Of a stretch of DNA of 64,000 nucleotides, positions 53,931 through 64,000 are shown piece by piece. The DNA is from Vermamoeba vermiformis (lineage: Eukaryota): NCBI GenBank assembly GCA_045837725.1, contig JBEWZL010000121.1:186001-250000 (forward strand), written 5' to 3'. A model generated the notes under the pieces. That model did not search any database. It had not been told where the DNA came from and saw only the letters and a list, made by a program, of their open reading frames with translations. Made by a program: the position numbers and the translations under genes. How positions within the stretch are numbered: position 1 is the first letter of the stretch; every line of letters begins with the position of its first letter.

Positions 53931-56207
53931 TTTTTTGAAATTTCCGAATGTCGATACATTAAGGCTCCTTCTAATATGATGTAGGGTAGTGATTCAATGC
54001 TCTTTTAATCGAATTGAGCAAGCGCCGGCTAATTGTAACCTAAATATAGCCCTTTCGTTGTACGATAAAGGTCCAACTCGAAACGCTTTCACTGCAGGTT
54101 ACTCCTGAGCTGTTAGTAACGCAGATACTATTGTTTGCACGTATTCGTTCAAAGCCCAAACTTGGCTAAAGACTTACCACGATGAATCGATTAAAAATTA
54201 ACTCCGTATCGATTGAATGCCAATAATAATGGAGAATATGGTTATTGCTAACTTCATAATCTCGCGTTTAATCTCTAATCTACAGTCTCAAATTTCAGCC
54301 CAAGGACGTAGATCCGTCCTAATTTCGTATTAATAGTATCTCTGTTGGTGCACAAAAATAGGGCTGCGTTCAACGCCGTTATATACCTTTAAATTTATCG
54401 TTCAACAAAGCACTAATTTAACGTAAAGTAACTCCTGCACTGCGGCGGCCTAATGGTCCAAGCTTTTCCTTATAACCAGTGTGGTCAGTGGATCGAACAA
54501 CAGAGTCATCATTATAATGGTTATTAGTACGAGCTGGCGCAATTAATTAATCGGTATACCATTGGTGGCATTAGAACAGATAACATGCTTCTGCTGGAAC
54601 TGGATCTTACAATTATGAGATTAAGACTTGCTGGTCGGCAAGCCCAACACAATCGACATTTCTGCATGTGCGTGGCCATAAAGATTTTGTGTTAAATTGG
54701 TGTCACATTTGTGGGGTAAATTAGTGGACAAATAGAGTCGATAGCGCGATAATGTTGCCGGACTGTAAACGACCAGTTAAACAAACATCATCATATATTG
54801 TATTAATCGCTCATATTACGACCGGTTAAATGTTAATTACTCCGACGAGATTGTAAAGCACGAGATTAATTAAACGGTGCTCCGAAAATTTGTCAATTTG
54901 CTGGAAATTTGACTACAGATAAAGGCTTATCAACTGAAATGGTAACGGCGGTATAATATAAATTCTACTTATATAGCGATTCGTAAAGCGGTGGAGAGCG
55001 GTGCTTGACGTTCAAAAAGCCGCGCAGAACTGTGCGAGATCTCACGCGCTTCTCTCTCGTACCTATTTAAAGCTTAGCCTTAGAAGGCAATATGAATTTA
55101 CTTCGTAATAATAATGCGACTTTGCGAGTCAGGACATAAGTAGTAATTCCCGTCCATAAAGTAGTAAATTGCACTTAAGACTAAACTCAGAAATCGAGAT
55201 CAGCAACTCCGAATCTCGAGAAAGCTCCGAAAAGTGATTTATGACAAGTAAAGAAGGACGAGCAAGTTAATTAAACTCTATTAAAAATGTATTTTTTGGC
55301 TTAAAAGCCGGTTCAAAAAGGTACGTAAGTTGATCGTCCACCTGCGGACAAAACTAGCTCGTGGTCGTGCGCTTAAGACTTATTTGGCTTAGCATATATA
55401 ATATATTTGGTAGGTAACAATTTATATTGGTTCGGTCTTAGACCTCGCGACCTCGAGATCACTTCGCGAGGTTCAATTTCAAACTGCTCGGTACTAACGT
55501 ACATTAAAACGGTCTTTGCTAATTTTAGCACGCAGAACCTCCAAAATTAAATTGTTGTAACGAAGTTTTGACGGATGGGAGGTTGGCTAATGAAATAGGC
55601 ACTGAATGAATTTGTAATTAAGAAAATAATATATACGTACTTATAATTATAATAAATTAAATGTAAACCACTAGCAAGCCTAAAAATGCCGTAGAAAATT
55701 TGTGATGAAGCACAAAAAATTTGGGAACGAATCCAGAGAGAACGAATATTGGTTTGTACCGTTTAATTTGCGATTGATACTTTTTGTTATTACCACAAAA
55801 TCGTAATATATTTTTTCAAAATTGTTTCAAGGGTTTAAGAGTACCTGGAGGGCAATGCCGTTATTTTGAGATCAATCCACTAAATCTGCTGCCACCTATC
55901 ATTTGGGCGCAAGAAGAGGTCCAATTGTAACGAACAATCAATCGATTTTCCAGTCTGAAAGAGGTGTTCTCGTGCTCCTGTGATAACTGCGAATAGAGGC
56001 AGAAAAATATCGCACAAAAAAACTGCGCAGCAAAAATTGGCCTTAGACTCTGCGATATTTTTATTGTATTATAATTGACAACGATAATAGATCGCTACTT
56101 CTTGTTATTAGATCGGCCATAGATCGTATTTGAGACATTTAAGCCTCGATCAAGAGATGGCGAGACGGATGTTCAGCGACTGATCCACGATAAATTAACG
56201 ATTAGCT

Positions 56208-58622
56208 ATGTACGCCGAGATCAGCCTTAGAACCAGCATACCATATTTCAATCCCTATGCCAATCAGCAAGCTGCGTACGATAAGAAAGGACCCGTGTCG
56301 CTTAGCGAACAATGCTGGCGAGTCATTTTGCATCGCTGCATCCCTCTCCCGAAAGAGTAATTATCTATCAATACTATATAAATAATATCACAGAAATATT
56401 ACTATACTTTTCGCACGCATTTAATGTCGTTAAAGAAGTCTACACCAGATTTTGTTTATGCAAATTATTTTATTAAAGTGCGTGCGATAGACATTTTAAT
56501 ATCTAGCCCATTAAAATAATATTAGACACATATACATAATTAATATTATATTTGCAAATTTATTGGACTATTTTTAATGTAATTTGTAGGAGGGTCGCAC
56601 AGCTTCCGGATTGGCTATTAGCGGAGATTGTCAACCGATTACTCAATACAGGAAAGTTAACTAGGGCCATTTTAGAGCCTTACCAAGCAACAAATAAGTA
56701 AGTCGATTACGCCTAACCAATTACCGTCAGATCTTTAGAGACGATTTATGCTACCATTAAATTTATCATTATTATTATTTTAAATAAATATTATCACTAC
56801 GGTCTCAGAATTTAAAATTATTTACATTTTCTAACCGAATGACAATAGAATGGGTGTCATTACGCGGCTGGATCTGCGCGGTTATCCAGCACAAACACCT
56901 CACACAACCACGCGCACCAATGTTAAACAACCAACGCATCAAATCACACAATCGCAACCAGCTCTCAAACACACGACCTCTGAAGGCGAGCCACTCACGC
57001 ATCGGAGTAACTCGCTGGATCTCGGAGACCGCGTAGAGGAGACACGTGTCAACTCAGCCCCGGGACAAGGAACACGGTCTCTACGGCACTCCCTGTCACA
57101 GAGCGGTGGAGGTCACGTTGTTGGCACAGCGAATACAAATATGATAGACTTGTTGTGGCTGTTGGTCAATGCGCCCAATCTGGTCTACTTGTCGCTGCGC
57201 AGTCACAAATCATTTCGCATTAACGATGCAGACTTGGCACAGAGTATGTAGTAGAGGTGTATTCAGTGCAAATAGGACGCTAACAGCTCTGTTGTAGTCG
57301 CGCAGAGTGTGACACCCTCGCTCATGTCAATGGACATGCGATACTGCACGTCAGATCATCGCGTGACGTTGAAGGGCATGTCCGCAGCTGTAGGTCACTT
57401 CAACATGAGTCAATTGACATTTTTGGATGTGTCGTGGACCTCAGTGGACGACGAGTGTCTCAAGTCAATGGTCACTGGCTGCAAGTGGCTGCGACACTTG
57501 TACATTGAACACTGCAATCGCCTCACACTGCACTTCGATGAGAATGGCACGGGTATATTAGACTTGGCGCCCAATCTCTTGACGCTGCATGCTAAAGGTA
57601 CGCACTAACTCGGTTAGAGTGTGAGGTCGTAACAATAGTGACTCATGACACGTGCGACAGGTTGCGAGCAGTTGGGCAAGCGATATCCAGTCAAATTGGC
57701 CTCGGACACATTGACGCATTTGAACTTGGCCAATTGTCCCAACATTGGCGATGACTCGCTGGAGCTCTTCAATTGTCCGCGACTCATGTCACTCAACTTG
57801 CAGCACTGCAGCAAGATCACTGATCACTCGGTCAGCGAGGTGCTGCATCTGTGTCGGCACTTGCAGCTATTAGACTTGCAGTTCACTAATCTGGAGAGTC
57901 CTGAGTTCAATGAGAAATCAGCGTCAATCAAGGTGCGTAATGAAATTAATACGCGATGTAAGATTAAAGCTCATATTATCGTTGACTAGGAGTTGCATCT
58001 ATGTGACAGTGTCAACATTTCACTGACAGCGCTGCAGTGGATTGCATACTACTGCACAGGACTGATGGAACTACACGTGCGAGGAGTGAAGGCCATCAAT
58101 GACTCGGCACTCGAACAATTGTTTGTCGAGCCGCACGAGTTCGCAGCAATCAGCTATCAACTGAACTCATCAGCCGAACTTCCACCACTCGCAAATCCAC
58201 TGCGAGCATCAAGTCATCAATTCAGAGAAGATAGTGCCAAGAAAAAGAACTCCAGTGTCAGCCGATACTTTAGCGGGCTGAAGAAATTGAATGCCAGTCG
58301 GTGTGCCAATTTATCAACCAAGGGAGTGACGCACATTGCCAAGCATGTCACGGGACTAGACTGGCTCGACTTGTCTTGGACGAGTGTCGACGACAATGTG
58401 TTTGATGTCTTGGTGCAAAACTGTCCGCACTTGCGCTCGATCAAATTGTTCGGCTGCAACGCCATCACTCACGAAGGTAAGCAAGCATACAATTATTTAG
58501 GCTTGATTGTTGCTCACTATCTCCTTGTAGCGATTAATAGGACAAAACAAGAACGAACAAGCCTCGACATATTCTCAGTATCACAACCTCTCGATTGGTG
58601 TCTCTACGGTGAAATATCTTAG
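56208..58622 (+). CDS. Cys-containing LRR protein (FBXL/AMN1/RAD7-like) with N-terminal BC-box-like motif, multi-exon
   Basis: VSLSEQCWRVI...QLPDWLLAEIVNRL at the N-terminus; LRR-CC repeats LDVSWTSVDDECL, LNLANCPNIGD, LNLQHCSKITD, LNASRCANLS, IKLFGCNAIT. Confidence 0.8.
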
Positions 58623-58759
58623 CACCACTCGGAGCCGTCATCATTTTTCAATTGTAATTTTTGCGAACAACACTCGAACTCTTGTAAATATGTGTAATAA
58701 AGAGGATAACTCGATTGAATTCAAAATGTTTATTAATTACAATAGGCCGAGTGGCTCTT

Positions 58760-61700
58760 TTAAGCCTCAGTTATAATCCTTTCCTTTTCAGGGTGGAAGT
58801 CACGCATGTGCGTTATTTGCCAGTCGTGACAAACAGTGCGTAGTTTGTGCTCAATATTGTGTGCTTGTTCTACTGTAATGCACGGCAAGTGGCGTTGATT
58901 TTCGCGCGCATCAATCGTGTCGATTGTGACAGTCGGAGGCTGCATGTGATGAGCGACATGAATGCGGCTGATGTTGGTGAAGTGAGCTTGCCAAATGACT
59001 TCATCGCTGTTCAAGAAGTAGATCATCTTGTCGGACACTAAGATGACACGGTCGTTTGAAACAAACTCGTGGAACATGTACTGTTGGTTGCGGGCACGTT
59101 CTTCCTTCACTTTCATTAGCAAGTTCAAGCCTCGTGCTTCGTACAAGTTGTATTCGCGCAGCTGAACTGTACGGCGGTCCAATGAAGCGAAGTTTCTTGG
59201 CGGTCTCTTGCGCGTGATTTTCTTCTCGTGGATCTGCGTGTTGTTTCGAATACCTTCAGCAGTACGAGAGAACAAGTCAACAGTGCCGACTACAGGTTTT
59301 ACAACAAGTCTACGAGCGAATGAATTAGCTTACAGAACTGTGAATGATGGTGAGTTACTTACCCAGCAAGTCCTTTGCCTACACCTTTAGCAACCCCTTT
59401 CGGGCCTTCTTCTCTTCCTCCCTTGATGGGCTGTTCAACGACGCCAGTGATGCCGCGGACGATACCAGTGGTGAAGTCCTTCAAGCCGTAGCCAAGGCCC
59501 TTCAGTGCATTGCTAGGTTGGTGACCCAAACGCTCAGCACGTCGTTTGCGTTGATAGTCTCGGTCCATGGACAGTGCAGCAACTCCGTGCGAGACACTGC
59601 TGGTGATCTTGGTAGTCGCGTCAGAGATGCCGTAGACTGTCTTCTTGGCGAGTGATTTGGAGCCTTTGCCGAGACCATAGCCGAACTCTTTCGCACCCAA
59701 GGTGATGCCTTTAGCGGGCTCGTAGAAGAAGTCGTGCACACCCTCACCAATGTTGCCGAACATGTTGATGGGATTGCCCAGGATATCAAGAGATCCGACA
59801 ACACCAACGACTTGGTCGCCGATCTGCGACATTAGGAAGGAAATCAAGCGCGTGACCATCTCATTCTTCGACATGTAAGCATTTTTAAGGTTGAGAGCTC
59901 TGAGTCGAATTGGGGCATTCTCGATAGAGGGCAAGATTTGGTCAGGAATGCGCAAGAGAATGTTCGTCATATTCGTCGCTTGAATTTCATCGACTTTGCC
60001 TTTGCGAGCAATGAAAGTGAGATTGGCAGCAATGGGATTGAGTAAGAAGAACTGATTGTAAATCATTTGCGAGTGGTCGTCTTCGGCTACTGCAAGATCC
60101 AGTGGTTGACTAAAAGAGAATCATGAGTAAATGTACAGCAAAAAAGCTGTTTGCCGTGGACTTACACTTCATCAATATCTCCTTCAGCAGGTTTCTTTGA
60201 GTTCTTAAGGTCAGCCATGATGTAGTCTGCAAACGACAACAACTTCAAGAGCAACTCTTGGTCGAGTGTTAACCACATCTCACGCATGAGCAGGGAGAAG
60301 TAGCGGAAGTATTGAATGGTGTCGTAAGTGTTGTCCTTGACAGCAGTGAACTTGAGGAACTGCGGAGGTCGCTCCGTGTTCGAGTGCATCATGATGGGTG
60401 TGAAGGTAGAGAGGGTCTGATTGTCGATTTGACAGTCCTGAATCTCGACTTCTAAGCTGCGCGTGACGGTCATGTCAACAAATTCAGCCTTGATGCCGTC
60501 AATGCTCAAGTACAGCAACTCTTCAGGCAGCTCGTTAACGACACTGACGCCAACACCTTGGAACATCAGTGACACCTTCATCTTCTCAAGACCTTCTTCA
60601 AGGCCAGTCTTTTCAGTTCGGTTTGGCACATCGCTGCGTGGCTTGATGCGAATGACACGTGTCATGCCAAGGCCAAGTACTTGAACCACGACATCTCTAA
60701 CTTCACCAGACTCATCGACGTATTTGAAGGGCGTGTGCTCTTTGAGCTTGTACGGCTTCATCGAGTAGACAGTCTTGTCCGGGAAGATGATGTCCAAGAT
60801 ACGTGGCTGATTGGGCTCTAACCAACCCCAGCTCTGGGTCTTGCCAGTCGGGATGTGCAACACCATGCTGGTAGTGGACTGTAAAGCAGTTAGACAAATA
60901 TCAACGATAACACCTGAATTCGCAACTTACTTGTTGTTGGACAAAGATACTGTCGGGCAGACCATTTTCAATGCGGTAAAGAGCGTTGTTGGTCTCTTCC
61001 ACAAAGTTGACGATCATGACACCTTGTTCGATTTTGATGCGTACGCGCATGACGTAAGACTTGGGCAAGTCTTCATCGAGCATTTGAACGGTGAAGTAGT
61101 CAGTGTTCTCAATAGTGAATACACCAGACCAGTTGCACTTGTTCTTGTCAATTCTAAAGCGCAGTAACTTCTCCTTGTGTGCGTGAGGCCAGTGGAATGG
61201 AGCGTGCTCGTAGGGATCTAGTTTGTACTCGCGTGCATCACCTTCTTGGCGCAAGAACAAAGTCTTGTCGGTGTTGTTAACGAGCACGTATCGAGGGAGG
61301 ATAGTGATCACTTCAGTGCGCGAGAAGATATTCTTGGCACCTGACTTGATCAAGCTCAGCTCGTATAAGCGAGGTGGTTGGTCATTATGAGCAGCGACGG
61401 CTTCTTCGATCTGCATATGAGCACCTTCTTGAGGGATGCTGCGAATAGCGAGGCCAGAGGACCATTTGGAGTTGGCAGCCTTGATGAAGACATTCAATCG
61501 TTTCAATCGATCGGAGCTCAACGACATCATCAGTGGCTCGCCCTTGAAGAAGTTATCGACGTGCCACTCCTTGGGTTGACCGCGTGATGAGCCAGAGAAG
61601 GCGGCACAGCCCTCTTCTGACTGACCAGCAACGAGCTTGGCGCGGTGAGTTCGCTTCTTCTTGTCGTAAGCGAACAAGAGTGGCAGGCCAGTGCGGTTCA

Positions 61701-64000
61701 AGAGCCAGTAGCTGCTCCAGAAGGTGACTCGACGACAGCCCTCAAGGTCGAATCTGTTGTCGATGCGAATGCTCAGGGGATGTTTCTTCTCGTCGTACAC
61801 GCTGATCGACTTGGCGTTTTCTCTACGTCGAGCAGAAGAGATGTATTCTTTGTCACTCCACGAGTAACCCTCGATAAAGATGCTGCAGCACAATTCTTGT
61901 TCGTAGCGCAAGTTGTGCATAGGAATAGTTTGACCCTTCTTGAGCGTTCCTTCGAGGAATGCGGTGCCTTGTTCATTGAAGATGCGGTACTTGATGTCAA
62001 CAGGCAAGACGTTCTCAAGCATAAGAGGAGGACGAATCTTGACGATGTGTTGATCGGCGAACTTCTGTGAAGTGTCTTGATCGATAGAGATCGAGTACAA
62101 GAAGAAGTCGTTCGGGGAGATGCGGTGGTGATAGCTGGACGACTCTTCGCTTGAGCTAGAGGAGCTGGAAGCGACTTGATAGTGATCTTCAAGGTCGCAA
62201 GGGAGTTGGTGTGCGCTAGGGTGCAAATTGGGCAAGAAAAAGCTCATGGAACTCCACTTGTAGCCGAGCTCATACGGTCTGAAGCGAATCTCGGCATTGT
62301 GCGTCAAGTACTGCAAGGGCACGGAGACGGTGCGATTGGGCTCTAGGCACTTGTTAGCCACGTCAACCAGGGGAGTGTAATGAGTTACTTACGAACTACG
62401 AATCGGTGTTTCTCTTCGTCCATGGAAACAAGAGCTTCCAAGGGGATCTCTGTCTGATTCTGCAACAGGACAGGGGACGAGAAGATAATCACCTTCGAGC
62501 CACGCTGATACTTGACTTGGTAGACAATCTTTTTGTTGACACCAGCATTGATAGTGAACTTAATCCAAAATGTCAGTTGTGACACGTAAAGAACATATGC
62601 AGAATTAATTTATATTATGAAAACGTCCATACCTTGCCAGTGTTGCCGAGATCAATGTTATCGACGCGTTCAAAGCCCTCCACTTGAATAGACAAGTTCT
62701 GACGAGGACGAACACCACCGATACGAACAAATGTGCCGGTAACATCATCGGCCACAGTGCTCATTAGAATGGCCTGTTTCTTGTTGTGCAACAAGCGTCT
62801 CTCTTGTCCGGTCAAGCTGAAGAACAATGGCATGCCAGTCACGTTTCTGATGTAGTAATCAGTCCTTAGAGTGTTTGACTCCATTGTGCCTGCATCCTCT
62901 TCTTCGTAGTCTTCATCTGAGGCATCGTAGTCGCTAAACCTTGAGGCTGTATAACTAGTTAGTAATGTGAATTATAATGTCCCTAGACTACACGTACTAT
63001 CAGATGTCTGAGCCATCACTGCACGATCATTAGCATTCGCAATTTCGTTTGAAAGTGCGTTGCGCTGACGGATCTGATTGTCTGCCTCAGCAAGAGTCTC
63101 AAGTTGTTGTGACTTCTTGCCAGTCTTGAGTTGACCTCGGGCATCGTATGTGTTATCACCGACAAATTGATTTTGGTCGTTGTCTGATTGTTGGCTGAAT
63201 ACTTGTTTGTTCTCGCGCATTGCTTGGTCAGTGATGTCGTACGGGTTGACTTGATTCTGGTAATTGACAGCGTTTTCTGTTTCTTTACCCTTGTACTTCT
63301 TGTTAATCTCCGCGGCTTCGTCCAACTCATTAACGGGTTGTGTGCTGGGTCTTTCGTTGCCAACAGTTGTCTTCCAGTCCTCCGTCCACTCTTCGATGGT
63401 GTTCTTCATTGTGTACAACAGAGGGCCAGTCATATTCATGTTCATGACATCAGTGCTCCAAACTTGAACTGTTGTGCCTCCGAGTTTGGCTTGAACTTTC
63501 CATGGTTCCAAGAATGGCTCCCAAGCAGAGTTTACATTGTTGTAATAGCTGCCAGAGAGGCGAGTCCACGCCAAGAATGAAGTAGTGCTTTGAGTTATAA
63601 TGATCTCAGAAGTAAACTCGTCAACTAGCAGTCGCGCGAGAGGTCTGTCATAGCCTCGAACATCATCGAGCAACAAGATTTCGAGTCTGTAAGGAGGGAG
63701 AACAATCTTTTGCGTGGACTTGGGAGTCGTGCTTTGCAATGTGATGATTTCGCGCTCTTGTTCTTCTCTTTCAGCTTCAATGGCCTTCTTGTCTTCTCTA
63801 CTCTCGCCGTGCGAAGAGGTGTCGTCCTCAGAGTTCCTGGACTCACGCGAACGACCAATGCTCATCAAGGTCTTGACTTGTTCATCCTCTTCGAGCTCAA
63901 TGCTGCCTTTCAAGTGTTGGCCATCCTCGCCCCCTTCGAAGTCTCGCTCGAATGGGTTGTCATGCACGTTAGTGGCTTGAACAACAACAGGCTCGCTCCT
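58760..64000 (-). CDS. VPS13: Second VPS13 paralog, C-terminal part (5' end outside window)
   Basis: WEPFLEPW, ENVLP, WSSYWLLNRTGLPL, PRYVLVN, GVGVSVVN, DCQIDNQ, LGNPINM...FFYEP, RKRPPR. Confidence 0.93.

Noticed and set aside
54437-54505. Functional initiator tRNA-Met gene
   Set aside because: Acceptor, anticodon and T stems do not pair and the CAT anticodon is absent; at most a relic.

Overview
Gene-dense eukaryotic genomic DNA with short spliceosomal introns (mostly about 45-150 nt, GT-AG plus a few GC-AG). The gene content suggests a protist, probably an amoebozoan (inference): tyrosine-kinase-type receptors, an EGF/tenascin-like surface protein, a Zn2Cys6 factor and a Crinkler-like gene. 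Genes in order: SIRT4-class sirtuin; decayed LRR gene; decayed Crinkler-like NTPase/PD-(D/E)xK nuclease gene; membrane-anchored calponin-homology protein; Rab6-like GTPase; three tandem receptor kinases with an F-box gene between copies 1 and 2; small TFIIB-repeat protein; F-box-Ras-CAAX fusion; intronless 2OG-Fe(II) oxygenase; Cu(I) P1B-ATPase head-to-head with a Zn2Cys6 factor; TPR-like protein; endonuclease V; complete VPS13; EGF-repeat membrane protein; a gene-poor stretch with relics; BC-box LRR protein; 3' part of a second VPS13. The most striking observation is the F-box-Ras fusion with natural G12D/G13R-equivalent residues, an intact effector loop and a CAAX box, lying next to a receptor-kinase array with divergent ectodomains and homogenised kinase exons. 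The Rab6-like protein also carries the Q72L-equivalent residue. Gene models were spliced by eye, so boundaries are approximate. Several single-base frameshifts are probably assembly errors.
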